64,000 nucleotides of DNA from an uncultured Bacilli bacterium (GCA_949065595.1 CARSXK010000003.1:714-64713); one strand, 5' to 3'; positions 20,119 through 31,600 are shown, numbered from the stretch's first letter. Notes: a model not told the origin generated them from the sequence alone. Program-made: numbers and translations.

Positions 20119-20564
20119 GAGTTTTGGTCCAAAGAAGCCTTTTGGCTTCGGTTACAGTGGATGAAGTTTGTGTTGGAAAAATTGAAAAAGGTATGGTTGT
20201 ATTGGTAGGTTTTACAGTAGGGGACGGAATAGATGATATTCAGTATTGTATCAATAAGTTAATTCATCTTCGTATTTTTGAAGATGAAAATGGAACAATG
20301 AATGAATCTATTTTAGACCAAAAGGGAAGTATTCTTAGTATTTCGCAATTTACATTATATGCGAATACAGAAAAAGGAAATCGCCCTAGTTATAGTGCAG
20401 CTTTGAAAGCGAAAGAGGCGGAACCCCTTTATGAACGATGGAACCAAGAGCTTTCTAAATATGTGAAGGTGGAAACTGGAAAGTTTGGTGCTGATATGAA
20501 AGTAACTCTTACCAATGATGGTCCAGTTACTATATTGATAGAAAGTAGGAAGAAATGTGATTAA
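20115..20564 (+). CDS. dtd: D-aminoacyl-tRNA deacylase
   Basis: SQFTLYA and GNRPSY motifs. 149 aa. Overlaps the rel stop (the conserved rel-dtd pair). Confidence 0.9.
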   Translation: MRVLVQRSLLASVTVDEVCVGKIEKGMVVLVGFTVGDGIDDIQYCINKLIHLRIFEDENGTMNESILDQKGSILSISQFTLYANTEKGNRPSYSAALKAKEAEPLYERWNQELSKYVKVETGKFGADMKVTLTNDGPVTILIESRKKCD

Positions 20565-21621
20565 AAATAAACCAGATTTTAAATTGATTAATTGTGCTTT
20601 GATTGTATTGATTGTTTTTTTGGTGTATCGTACAGGAAATTTATGGTTAGGTTGTTTGGCGACATTCAAAAAAATTATTGTACCATTTTTCATGGCATTT
20701 ATTGTTGCATATGCGTTATATCCTTTTTTGCAGTATTTGATGAAACGTAAAATTCCAAAGGCATTATCTGTTGTCATCATTTTGGCGCTTATTATAGGTG
20801 TAATTGCTTTTCTAGGAATTACAGTTTTACCGTTATTATTCGGACAACTGTCTAGTTTATTTAATGGAATTATTGCTTTTATCAAAGAGATTTCAATGAA
20901 ATATGATATTAATTTTGGACCATTGCAAGATACATTATCCAATGGATTCAATGATATTATTATGTCATTAGGAAAATATGTATCGAATGGCGCTATTAAT
21001 ATGATAGGTGTTTCTATGGAATATGTATCGATTGCGTTTATTGCTTTCGCATCTGCGATTTATTTCTTAATTGACATGGATAAAATACGTAATTGTGTTA
21101 AAAGGTATTTAAAAAGGAAAAATAAAAAGGCATTTCGATATGTTGCAGCAGTAGATCATGAGATGAAGCAGTATTTGACAGGCTTTTTAAGAATTATGCT
21201 AATTACATTAGTAGAGTATTCTTTGGCTTATACCATTATTAGACATCCAGATGCATTGTTGCTTGGATTCCTTGCCATGATTGCAAACTTGATTCCATAT
21301 TTTGGTGGAATGATTGCCAATATAGTTGCCGCAGTTACTGCCTTTGTGATTAGTCCAGCAATGTTTATTAAAACCTTAATTGTCTTTATGTTACTATCAT
21401 GGTTAGATGGATATTTAATCAATCCTCTTGTTTATGGAAAAACCAATAAAATACATCCTTTGGTTGGTATATTTGCTGTCTTTGCAGGTGGAATTTTATT
21501 TGGAATTGCTGGGGTTATTATTTCTTTACCACTTGCAATTATCTTGATTACGACTTATAAATTTTATTGGGAAGATATTAGTGATAAGATAGAAGATATT
21601 AAGGATAAAAAGGAAAAGTGA
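20557..21621 (+). CDS. AI-2E family transporter (UPF0118/PerM-like membrane protein)
   Basis: 8-TM profile and length typical of the AI-2E family. GTG start after an AGGAAG RBS. Confidence 0.7.
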   Translation: MIKNKPDFKLINCALIVLIVFLVYRTGNLWLGCLATFKKIIVPFFMAFIVAYALYPFLQYLMKRKIPKALSVVIILALIIGVIAFLGITVLPLLFGQLSSLFNGIIAFIKEISMKYDINFGPLQDTLSNGFNDIIMSLGKYVSNGAINMIGVSMEYVSIAFIAFASAIYFLIDMDKIRNCVKRYLKRKNKKAFRYVAAVDHEMKQYLTGFLRIMLITLVEYSLAYTIIRHPDALLLGFLAMIANLIPYFGGMIANIVAAVTAFVISPAMFIKTLIVFMLLSWLDGYLINPLVYGKTNKIHPLVGIFAVFAGGILFGIAGVIISLPLAIILITTYKFYWEDISDKIEDIKDKKEK

Positions 21622-21636
21622 TTCCTTTTTTATTTT
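21609..21636 (+). terminator. Rho-independent terminator
   Basis: AAAGGAA-AAGTGAT-TTCCTTT followed by TTTTATTTTT. The stop codon is in the loop. Confidence 0.45.
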
Positions 21637-21767
21637 TAACCTGTTTATATTATTTAGTAATTGATATTTGGTTATGATTTTGACAATATATCATTTTTAT
21701 GTATAATAGATTTATCTTTTTAAAAATATATTCAAAAAGAGTGTTTTATAAAGATGGATGTGATACT

Positions 21768-22637
21768 ATGAAACCGATTTTGTTTTTACAGAAATTAATT
21801 ACAGATGAAACACCAATTTTAGAATTAAAAAATGATGTTTCTATCTCTAGACAACAAAAATATCAAGTACTGGGTTTACCTTCTAGTAGCTTGACTAATC
21901 GATATATTGAACGTATGTATTATCAGAATTTGAAATGGTTTTATTTTAAATCGGAAGAAAGTAGATATGGTTATCCTTTTTCCATATTAGATGAATTAAT
22001 GGGGAGTTACCTTGCAAAGATTATAGAACTACCAGCTGTTTCCTTTGTTGTAGCAAAAACAAAGGATTCTATTGGAATTGCTTCCGAGAACTTTCGAATG
22101 GAGTCATCTGATTATTATTTTATACAGCAACTTCCAGTGAAAACACTATTGGAAAATAGATTTAATTTAGCCAGTCTAGATATTTTAAAATCATTATGTA
22201 TAGATCCTATCAATGCAGTTCAATTAGAAGAACATATTTTAAAACTGTTAGCGTTAGATTTATATATGTTACAAAAAGATCGTGGTGATACGAATCTTCA
22301 ATTTCAGATAAATCACGCGACACAATATTTGGATTTATCTGCCGTATACGATTTTTCAAACTGTATAGAAGAAGCCGAGCTTGCCTCTGTTATGATTCGA
22401 AATCCTATTGTAGTATTAAATTATAATACCATTCGTTTATTGATAAAAAAGTATCCAAAATTTACTAAATATATAGAATCCTTGCAAAATCAAACGATGT
22501 GTTCTACTTGGGATCAAATTTGTGGAGATTACCATTTCAACTTAAATTGTTTTGCATATAATCAGGCCAAAAATCATTATGAAATAAAAGACCAAAAACA
22601 AAAAGGTTTATTCAAAGAATTATTCACTAATGTATGA
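21768..22637 (+). CDS. Hypothetical protein with HipA-like / PI3-PI4-kinase-like catalytic motifs (atypical kinase fold)
   Basis: LQKDRGDTNLQF catalytic-loop-like segment and LSAVYDFS (compare HipA LSPAYD and PI3K DFG). The start follows a GGATGTGAT SD-like motif. Confidence 0.45.
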   Translation: MKPILFLQKLITDETPILELKNDVSISRQQKYQVLGLPSSSLTNRYIERMYYQNLKWFYFKSEESRYGYPFSILDELMGSYLAKIIELPAVSFVVAKTKDSIGIASENFRMESSDYYFIQQLPVKTLLENRFNLASLDILKSLCIDPINAVQLEEHILKLLALDLYMLQKDRGDTNLQFQINHATQYLDLSAVYDFSNCIEEAELASVMIRNPIVVLNYNTIRLLIKKYPKFTKYIESLQNQTMCSTWDQICGDYHFNLNCFAYNQAKNHYEIKDQKQKGLFKELFTNV

Positions 22638-22907
22638 AATACTGATAAAATATCTATACGAATGAAAAAATAGGTGCAAAAGTGAAATTAATTATACTAG
22701 ATTTTATGAAACAGGAACATTTTGGAAATGGACGATTTATTGACAATTTATTTGATAAAATAGTGATGAGTCATGCAAATAGATGCTATAATAGTGATAA
22801 TGTTCAGGATCTGATAACAATAACCGAAGAAGACATTAGTGTTGAAATATGTGAAGAATTGAAATCAGATGAAAAACAAAACAAATTGGATTTTAAAGGA
22901 GGATATT

Positions 22908-24194
22908 ATGCTGCAAAAACCAAAGGGAACATATGATGTATATGGTGGTCTAGGACTTAAAATATTGTATTTAGAAAATTTACTTCGTTCATTAATGGAA
23001 AAATATCATTATGAATATGTGAGAACACCAATATTTGAATCGAGTGAATTATTTCATAGAGGAGTAGGAGAAACAACTGATATTGTTTCTAAAGAAACTT
23101 ATGATTTTATAGATCGTGGCAATCGTAATATGACATTAAGACCAGAAGGAACTGCTGGAGTAGTAAGAAGTTATATTGAAAATAAAATGTATGGAAATCC
23201 AAGCCAACCAATTAAAACATGGTATATGGGACCCATGTATCGGTACGAAAGACCACAATCGGGTAGATTTCGTGAATTTTATCAATTCGGTGTAGAAGTA
23301 TTTGGAACGGAAAATCCTATGATGGATGCAGAAGTGATAAGTATTCCAGTTAATTTTTACCGATTACTTGGATTAAAGGGAATTAAAGTTAATATCAATA
23401 CCTTGGGGGATACAGAATCGAGAAATGCGTATCGTGAGGCTTTGTTAGAACATTTTAAACCGCATTTAGGTGAACTTTGTGAGGACTGCAAAACACGTTA
23501 TGAGAAGAACCCCCTTCGTATATTAGATTGTAAGATTGATCATGATTTAGAATGTATGAAAACCGCGCCTAAAATATCAGATTATCTAAATGAGACGAGT
23601 CGCAAGCATTTTGAGGAAGTCAAGAATTATTTAGATGTGCTAGAGATTCCTTATCAAGTGAATCCAAATGTAGTCAGAGGATTGGATTACTATACGCATA
23701 CTGTCTTTGAAGTCGAAGCTTCGATTGAAGGATTTGGTAGTCAAAATGTCCTATGTGGTGGTGGAAGATACAACCATTTGGTCGAAAATATTGGGGGACC
23801 GTCGACACCAGGGGTTGGGTTTGCCCTTGGTATGGAAAGATTACTATCAGCGTTAGAATGTGAAAATATAAGTATTGGTAAAGATATGTTAGATGTATAT
23901 ATTATCCCAATTGAAGAATCACAAATTCCTAAAGCATTCACTTTTGCACAGACACTTCGTATGAATGGTTTTTCTGTTGATATGGATTATATGAAACGGA
24001 ATATGAAAGGTAATTTCAAACAAGCAGACCGTTTGAATGCTTCTTTTGTTATTTTACTTGGAGAAGAAGAAGTTCAAACTAATATTTTAACTTTAAAAGA
24101 CAATCATACAAAACAAGAATATAAAGTAGATGTGAGTGAATTAATTTCCTTTTTGGATTTACATATAAAGGAGGAACATGATGAAGAGGATTGA
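22908..24194 (+). CDS. hisS: Histidine--tRNA ligase
   Basis: Class II motifs (RPEGTA, FGVE, GGGRY). AAGGAGG RBS before ATG 22908. Precedes aspS. Confidence 0.9.
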   Translation: MLQKPKGTYDVYGGLGLKILYLENLLRSLMEKYHYEYVRTPIFESSELFHRGVGETTDIVSKETYDFIDRGNRNMTLRPEGTAGVVRSYIENKMYGNPSQPIKTWYMGPMYRYERPQSGRFREFYQFGVEVFGTENPMMDAEVISIPVNFYRLLGLKGIKVNINTLGDTESRNAYREALLEHFKPHLGELCEDCKTRYEKNPLRILDCKIDHDLECMKTAPKISDYLNETSRKHFEEVKNYLDVLEIPYQVNPNVVRGLDYYTHTVFEVEASIEGFGSQNVLCGGGRYNHLVENIGGPSTPGVGFALGMERLLSALECENISIGKDMLDVYIIPIEESQIPKAFTFAQTLRMNGFSVDMDYMKRNMKGNFKQADRLNASFVILLGEEEVQTNILTLKDNHTKQEYKVDVSELISFLDLHIKEEHDEED

Positions 24195-25494
24195 AATCAA
24201 ACAATTAAACAATTATTATAATCAAGATGTTGAGATACAAGGATTTGTAGATGGCTTAAGAGATTTACAATATGTTCAATTTTTAGTTATTACGGATGGT
24301 ACAGAAAAGGTACAAGTGACTATTGAAAAAAATGATGACAATAAAGTACTAAATGAAATTGTCAGCCAGATGACAATTCAAAGTACAGTCAAAGTAACTG
24401 GAAAATTAATGGAAAGCCCAAAAGTAAAATTGAATGGAATGGAAATCATTCCTACTCATATAGAAATTACTTCTTTGTCTGCACCTGAACTACCTATCCA
24501 TATTAAGGATAAAGATAGTGCAGAAATTGATACTAGATTAGACCATCGATTTTTAGACTTACGGAATGAATATAATATGAATATCTTTAAAATTCAAAGT
24601 AAGATGGTAGAATCTATGCGTCAATTTTTATATGATAGAGGGTTTACAGAAATTCATACCCCAAAATTGATTGGGGCTGCAAGTGAATCAGGTTCTGAAG
24701 TATTTGAGGTCAAGTATTTTGACCGCAAAGCCTATCTTGCACAATCTCCACAATTTTATAAACAAATGGCCATGGCTGCTGGTATGGGACGTATTTTTGA
24801 AGTGGGACCTGTTTTTCGTGCTGAAAATTCCAATACCAATCGTCATACCACTGAATTTACAGGTTTTGATTTGGAATTTAGTTATATTGATTCTTTTGAA
24901 GATGTCATGCAGCTAGAAGAAGAATTGTTAACTTATATGTTAAAAAAGGTAAAAGATTGTTATGGTGATTTGATAGAACAAACATATGGAAAGACTGTGA
25001 TTGTTCCAACTACCCCTTTTCCAAGAATAAAACTAGCTGATTTGTATCAAGTGCTAGAAGAAAAATATGGGTATCAGGTAGAAGATGCAGCCAAAGTAGA
25101 TTTAACTACAGAAGCAGAAAAATTATCCTATCAATATGCGATGGATACCTATCATAGTGAATTTCTTTTTGTAACTGATTATCCTGCTGATAAAAGGGCA
25201 TTCTATCATATGCGAAAGAATGGAATTCCCCAAGGGTATGATTTGATTTGGAGAGGTGTTGAAATTACAACAGGAGCACAAAGGGAGCATCGGTATGAGG
25301 TGTTAAAAGAACAAGCAGAAGAAAAAGGGCTTAAAGATGATGTTGCTTTTTATCTAGAATTTTTCCAATATGGGTGTCCTCCGCATGGTGGCTTTGGAAT
25401 TGGAATTGACCGCCTTACAATGCTACTTTTAGATTTACCATCTTTGAAAGAAGCAATGTTCTTATTTCGAGGACCTAATAGATTAAATCCATAA
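24178..25494 (+). CDS. aspS: Aspartate--tRNA ligase, archaeal/eukaryotic type 2 (438 aa)
   Basis: N-terminal OB fold. FRAENSNTNRHTTEFTGFDLE. C-terminal GGFGIGIDRL...LFRGPNRLNP, like the type-2 AspRS LFPRD..RLTP tail. Placed in the conserved hisS-aspS position. Confidence 0.75.
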   Translation: MMKRIEIKQLNNYYNQDVEIQGFVDGLRDLQYVQFLVITDGTEKVQVTIEKNDDNKVLNEIVSQMTIQSTVKVTGKLMESPKVKLNGMEIIPTHIEITSLSAPELPIHIKDKDSAEIDTRLDHRFLDLRNEYNMNIFKIQSKMVESMRQFLYDRGFTEIHTPKLIGAASESGSEVFEVKYFDRKAYLAQSPQFYKQMAMAAGMGRIFEVGPVFRAENSNTNRHTTEFTGFDLEFSYIDSFEDVMQLEEELLTYMLKKVKDCYGDLIEQTYGKTVIVPTTPFPRIKLADLYQVLEEKYGYQVEDAAKVDLTTEAEKLSYQYAMDTYHSEFLFVTDYPADKRAFYHMRKNGIPQGYDLIWRGVEITTGAQREHRYEVLKEQAEEKGLKDDVAFYLEFFQYGCPPHGGFGIGIDRLTMLLLDLPSLKEAMFLFRGPNRLNP

Positions 25495-25520
25495 ATACCA
25501 TAATTCATTTTATTCAATCA

Positions 25521-25550
25521 AAACTCAAGAAAAATTCTTGAGTTTTTTTA
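25521..25550 (+). terminator. Rho-independent terminator after aspS
   Basis: CTCAAGAA-AAA-TTCTTGAG followed by TTTTTTT. Confidence 0.65.
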
Positions 25551-25678
25551 GTTAAAAGTTTAGGTTTAAAAAGCCTTTATTTTAGGGTATGGATGCAATA
25601 TTTTAAAGATATTTACTACTAATTACTACTTTTAAAACAAAAATCGTGCTATTATATTGGTATAAAGGAGGTTTTAAG

Positions 25679-26116
25679 ATGACTATTTTTAAAAAAATTG
25701 CTTATGTAAGAATGTTAGAAACACAAAGAAATGCATTAACCGAGGAATTAGCATCCATCAATATAAATATTAAGCAGCAGGAAGAATCGTGTTCGCATAT
25801 ATTAGTAAATTTAGGTAACAAAGGAATTATTGACAATTATGAGCGTTGCTTAATATGTGGACAACAAGCAGAAGAAGGGTGTGTTATGGCCTTTGAGTTA
25901 TGTGTGCATGCAGAAGATTATTTATTAAAATATGATATAAATGATGAAATACAATGTAATGAAAAATTTGATGCTATACAAACATTAGCTTTTGGCTTAT
26001 TAAGGGAAAATCCTAATATGACAAGAGAAGAATTAACTATAAAATTAAATAATTTAATCCAAGAAAGTATAAATATTAGAGACACTAAAAATAATCCAAA
26101 ATTAATAAAAAAATAA
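25679..26116 (+). CDS. Hypothetical Cys-containing protein
   Basis: AAAGGAGG RBS. CLICGQQAEEGC motif. No family recognised. Confidence 0.5.
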   Translation: MTIFKKIAYVRMLETQRNALTEELASININIKQQEESCSHILVNLGNKGIIDNYERCLICGQQAEEGCVMAFELCVHAEDYLLKYDINDEIQCNEKFDAIQTLAFGLLRENPNMTREELTIKLNNLIQESINIRDTKNNPKLIKK

Positions 26117-26250
26117 GATTATAAAGAAGACAAAAGGCTGAAATGTATTAAAATATTTCTGTTTTATACTACATAATAAGGGTAATACTATACCTTATTA
26201 TAGCGAAGACTTTAGTGGCTATGCCACTGGTCTCGCTCATAAGACTATTA

Positions 26251-26278
26251 ATACTATGACATCGCATAGTATTTTTTC
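26251..26278 (+). terminator. Rho-independent terminator closing a three-hairpin element
   Basis: ATACTATG-ACATCG-CATAGTAT followed by TTTTTT. Confidence 0.6.
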
Positions 26279-26579
26279 ATATTTATTAAAGAAATTTTTA
26301 ATTTTACTACTACTTTTGATAGTGAAAATATAAGAAATTATAACAATTTATAAAATAGATTCCAAAAGAAAACAATTATGAATCTCGATAAATAAAGGGT
26401 TGTGAAAGTATTTAAAAACTTATGAAAGATATTCAAAAATGCTATATTTTTATATCAGAAAGGTCAATTTCTAGCATCAAAAATTTATGGTTTTATATGG
26501 AACGCTATCTCATATAATATATTGCTTAAATGAAAAAACTATAGTATAATTGAAAGGTCTTAAGAAAGGTGGAATTCCT

Positions 26580-27635
26580 ATGATAGAAAGATTACAAACC
26601 ATTGAAAATAGATACAATGAATTAACAGAAGAATTGATGAAACCAGAAGTGATTTCTAATATCAAAGAAACCATGCGTTTGTCTAAAGAACAAGCCAGTT
26701 TAAGAGATGCTTATGAGGCTTATCAAAATTATAAAAGAGTAGAGCAAGGTATCCTTGATGCCAAAGAGATGGTGAAGGATCCAGAACTGGGTGAGATGGC
26801 CAAAGAAGAGCTTACAATGTTAGAGCAAGAAAAGCAAACATTGGAAAGTGACCTTGAAATTTTATTGTTACCAAAAGATCCAAACGATGGTAAAAATGTA
26901 ATTGTTGAAATTCGTGGAGCTGCTGGTGGTGATGAGGGAAATATTTTTGCTGGTGATTTGTTTGAAATGTATCGTAAATTAGCAGAGAAAGAGGATTGGA
27001 AAATAGAGATATTAGAAGAAGAGCGTTCAGAAGCTGGTGGATATGCCTTAATTAGTTTTATGGTAAGAGGTGAAAATGTCTATTCCAAATTAAAATATGA
27101 AAGTGGAGCACATCGTGTACAGAGAGTCCCAGTTACAGAAACGCAAGGAAGAGTGCATACTTCAACAGCAACAGTACTTGTTATGCCAGAAGCAGAAGAC
27201 ATTGATTTTACTTTGGATATGAGCGAGGTTAGAATTGATATTACAAGAAGTAGTGGTTGTGGAGGACAAGGGGTAAATACCACTGATAGTGCTGTTCGTT
27301 TGACACATATTCCAACGGGACTTGTTGTTTATTCTCAAACAGAGAGATCTCAAATTAAAAACAAGGAAAAGGCCATTAAAATACTAGAAACAAGACTTTA
27401 TGATTTAAAAATGCAAGAACGGGATCAAGAATTGGGGGCAGAACGCCGTAGTAAAATTGGAACAGGGGATCGTTCTGAAAAAATAAGAACTTATAATTAT
27501 CCTCAAAATCGTGTCACCGATCATCGTATTGGATTTACTTTAAATACATTAGATCGTATTATGGTAGGAGATATTGATAAAGTAATTGAAGCTTTGATTA
27601 CGGAAGATCAGGCGCGGAAATTAAGAGGCGAATAA
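26580..27635 (+). CDS. prfA: Peptide chain release factor 1
   Basis: PVT tripeptide motif (VPVTETQGR) and GGQ motif (SGCGGQGVN). Confidence 0.9.
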   Translation: MIERLQTIENRYNELTEELMKPEVISNIKETMRLSKEQASLRDAYEAYQNYKRVEQGILDAKEMVKDPELGEMAKEELTMLEQEKQTLESDLEILLLPKDPNDGKNVIVEIRGAAGGDEGNIFAGDLFEMYRKLAEKEDWKIEILEEERSEAGGYALISFMVRGENVYSKLKYESGAHRVQRVPVTETQGRVHTSTATVLVMPEAEDIDFTLDMSEVRIDITRSSGCGGQGVNTTDSAVRLTHIPTGLVVYSQTERSQIKNKEKAIKILETRLYDLKMQERDQELGAERRSKIGTGDRSEKIRTYNYPQNRVTDHRIGFTLNTLDRIMVGDIDKVIEALITEDQARKLRGE

Positions 27636-27653
27636 GATACAATAGGTGTATTT

Positions 27654-28358
27654 ATGGATGCAAGTGAATACTTAAAAAAATATGGAAATCCTAATACTTA
27701 TGAAGAGGATTATATGCGTCTTCAGGCAGGAGAACCTGTGCAATATATTGTAGGGTCAGTTGAATTTTATGGCTATCCAATCCTCGTGAATCCCAATGTT
27801 TTAATTCCTAGATTTGAAACAGAAGGATTGGTCGAACAGATTGTTGCGAAAGTAAAAAATCGAAGCACACTGAAAATAGTTGATTTAGGAACAGGTAGTG
27901 GGTGTATTGCGATTGCTTTAAAAAAAAGGTTAAATTGTGAGATGGATGCTGTTGATATTTCATCAAAGGCATTAGAAGTAGCAAAAGAGAATGCCAAAAA
28001 CAATCAGGTCGATATTACTTTTTATGAAGGTGACTTTTTAAAACCACTTTCTGGTTCTTATGATGTAATTGTAAGCAATCCCCCTTATCTTTCATATGAG
28101 GAAGAAATTATGGAGATTGTTGCTAAAAATGAGGCAAAAATTGCTTTATATGCAGAAGATAATGGTCTAATTTGTTATAAAAAGATACTCAAAGATGCAA
28201 AGTCACATTTAAGACCGAAGGGTCTCATTGCGTTTGAAATTGGATACCAACAAGGTGATATTTTAAAAGAATATGCGCATACTATTTTCCCAGATGCTGT
28301 GATTACTGTAGAAAAAGATTTACAAGGAAAAGAACGATATTTGTGGATAGAACAGTGA
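27654..28358 (+). CDS. prmC: Release factor glutamine N5-methyltransferase PrmC/HemK (short form)
   Basis: VSNPPY catalytic motif. LGTGSGCIAIAL SAM motif. Follows prfA. Confidence 0.85.
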   Translation: MDASEYLKKYGNPNTYEEDYMRLQAGEPVQYIVGSVEFYGYPILVNPNVLIPRFETEGLVEQIVAKVKNRSTLKIVDLGTGSGCIAIALKKRLNCEMDAVDISSKALEVAKENAKNNQVDITFYEGDFLKPLSGSYDVIVSNPPYLSYEEEIMEIVAKNEAKIALYAEDNGLICYKKILKDAKSHLRPKGLIAFEIGYQQGDILKEYAHTIFPDAVITVEKDLQGKERYLWIEQ

Positions 28359-28609
28359 TCACTACAATAAAGTCCTTTTTATATCAGAAAGAAAATTTAA
28401 AAAATTTCTTTTTTTTATAAAAGGAAATAGAAACGAGATTTACTATAATATAGGTAAGATGATGATTGTCTTTTAGCGTAGGTAGTCAAATGATGAACCC
28501 AATGAAATGATGAAAACAGTGCGTTTGAATCAAAATTTTCCAACTATATTTTTTGAAAAAGACTTTATCGTAATGTCTTTTTTTGATACAATAGAGTGAA
28601 GGTGATGGT

Positions 28610-31600
28610 ATGGAAAAAAATCTAGAAACACTACTTCAAAAGGTACAAATGGAAGAAAATCTGGTGAAAGATTTTGAGGGAGGGAAATTACTCAAAATTG
28701 TTGGTAATGCTTCTAAAACAAAATATTGTTTTTATCTTACACTTAAGAATACCCTGCCTTTTCCAACGTATCAAAAACTATTAGAACAACTACCTCATGC
28801 CTTTTCAGAAATTTCTGTATTACATGTACAACTACAAGTAGAGCATTCTGATTTAGAACAATTTCCATATTATTTTCGTTATTTTATCGAACAGTATAGT
28901 AAGAATTCTCCTTTATTAAAAATGTTTTTAGAAAATGAATATCATATCGAGGAAAATCTCCTTACAATTGTAGTGGGAAATCGGGCGGAGCAAATAAAAC
29001 TAGAAGGAATTCTTTCAACATTGGAAGTCGATTTACATTCTGTTGGCTATCCTTATACAATTAAATGTCAAGTTGATATGGAACAAGAAAGTATGTTACA
29101 AGCTGAAATTGAAAGTGATATGGTATCACCTATTCCAGAAGAATTATTACAAAAAACAACAATAGAAGAAAAAGAAGAACCTAAAAAAAGGTTTATTCCA
29201 AAAGATTATAAAAGGCCTCCTCTTATTGTCGATACTGAAAATGAGAAGGTGGTAGTAGGAAGATTTATTGATGAGCCAGCCATTCGCTTGGATACGGTAA
29301 ATACGCCAAAATCTTCTGTAGTAGTAGAAGCCGCTATTTTTGGAAAAGATGTAAGAGAAACCAAAACAGGTCTTAAAATCATATCTTTAAAAATAACGGA
29401 TAATACGGATAGTATTTATGGGACCTTATTTGTCAATGATCCAGATGAATTTGAACTGATTGATAAAAAAATCAAAATTGGAAAATGGTATAAAATAAGG
29501 GCTATAGTAAAAGACGTGGACAAATATATGTCAGATATTTCTTTGACTATTCGAGATATGAATATGATAGATAAAGTCATTGAGGAAGTCGTGGATGATG
29601 CCGAAGTCAAAAGAGTCGAATTACATGCACATACCATGATGAGTCAAATGGATGGTGTAACCAAACTCGATTTAGGAAAACATACTTGTGAATTGGTTGA
29701 AAAAACCATTCAAATGGGTTATAAGGGGGTTGCGATTACAGATCACAATGGATGTCAGGCTTTTCCAATCTCTTTTAGTATCATTCAATCCCATAATAAA
29801 AATATCAGAAAAAAAATTCAATCTCAAATAGAAACATTAGAAACGCAATTACAAGAAGAACAAGATGAAACAAGAAAAAAAGAATTGGAAAAGGAAATTG
29901 AAGAAGCAAAACAACAACAGAAAAATCCCCCAATTTTTAAGGGACTATATGGAACAGAGCTCACACTAGTAGATGATACGGTTGGGATTGTTGTAAGACC
30001 AGATAATCGTGATTTAATACATAGTGAATATGTTGTTTTTGATACAGAGACCACAGGTTTTAATGCTGGTGGTGGTGATCAAATGATTGAAATCGGTGCA
30101 GTTAAAATCAAAGATGGAGAAATTATAGACCGCTTTGATGAACTGATTGATCCAAAAAGACATATTCCTGACAAAATTACAGAACTAACTTGTATTACAG
30201 ATGAAATGGTAAAAGGAAAAGATGATGAAGAAACCGTAACCAAACATTTTTTGGAATGGTCCAAAGATGCTTTGATGGTTGCACATAATGCCAAATTTGA
30301 TATATCTTTTATTGAAATGGCAATGAAAAAATACAATCTTGGAACGTTTACTAATACTGTGATTGATACCTTGGAACTTTCTAGGACATTAGACCAAGGG
30401 CATGCAAGGCATAGTTTATCGGCTTTAGTAAAAAGGTATAATGTACCTTGGGAAGAAGATGCACATCATAGGGCGGATTATGATGCCGAAGGAACGGCTT
30501 ATGTATTTGCTAAAATGCTTAAAAAATTAGAAGCACAAAAATATGAAAAAATAGCCGATTTGGATAAATTAGTCCCACTTGAAGATCGCTATAAATTTGG
30601 TCGTACTTATCATTTCAATGCAATTGCGTTAAATCAAAAGGGACTTAAAAATCTGTTTGAAATTATTTCTTTAGCCAATACAACCTATTTATATAAAACA
30701 CCTAGAATTCCAAGAAGCAAATTGTCAGAATTAAGAGAAGGAATTTTAATTAGTAGTGGTTGTTATGAGTCAGAAGTATTCCATCAAGCCAGAAGTAAAG
30801 AGGGACAAGAATTAACCAATATCATTAACTTCTATGATATGGTAGAAGTCCAACCAAAAGAAGTGTATGACCATTTGTTGCAACTTGGGGATTTCAAAAA
30901 TGAACAGGAATTGGAAGATCATATTCGAAAAGTAATAGAAGCAACCAAAGAAACAGGTAAAATCATTGTAGCAACGGGAGATGTACATCATTTCAAAAGG
31001 GAAGATAAAATTTATAGGGAAATTATTATCAATCAAAAAGTACCAGGTGGTGGAAGACATCCACTTGCCAAAGGTGATATTAAAAAAATCCCTTCTCAAC
31101 ATTTTAGAACGACAAGGGAAATGCTAGAAGATTTTGCTTTTTTAGGAAGCGATCTTGCCTATGAAATTGTGGTTTTAAATACCAATAAAGTACTCGAAAT
31201 GGTAGAAGAAATAGAGGTCATTCCAGATACAGGGGGAACCCCATTTTCTCCAAGAATTAAAAGTGATGATGGTAAATCTTATCTAGATTGTCCAACAGTA
31301 GTAACTGAACTTGTTTATACAAAAGCGGAAAGCTGGTATGGCAATCCGCTTCCCTATGCGATTGAAAAGAGAATTGCAACTGAATTATATGGAGATGTTG
31401 TCTTCAATACCATTCAAGAAAAGATAAAGGGAACGGAAGAAGAAACAGAAGCAGTGATATTTCGTGAGCTACATGAAATCATACTAAAGGGAATTGATGC
31501 AGTCAAGACGATGATTTTGGAACATATGAAAGAAAAAAATCCAGAATTATCAGAAGAAGAAGCTTTGAAATCTTTGAAAAAATCTTTGGGTGGTGTCATT

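Noticed and set aside
22682-22936. 84-codon ORF overlapping the hisS start; also searched this region for a T-box leader.
   Set aside because: No T-box consensus (no GGTGGTACC-like element) and no convincing RBS. The ORF overlaps the well-supported hisS start at 22908. It was kept out of the features as probably non-coding leader sequence.
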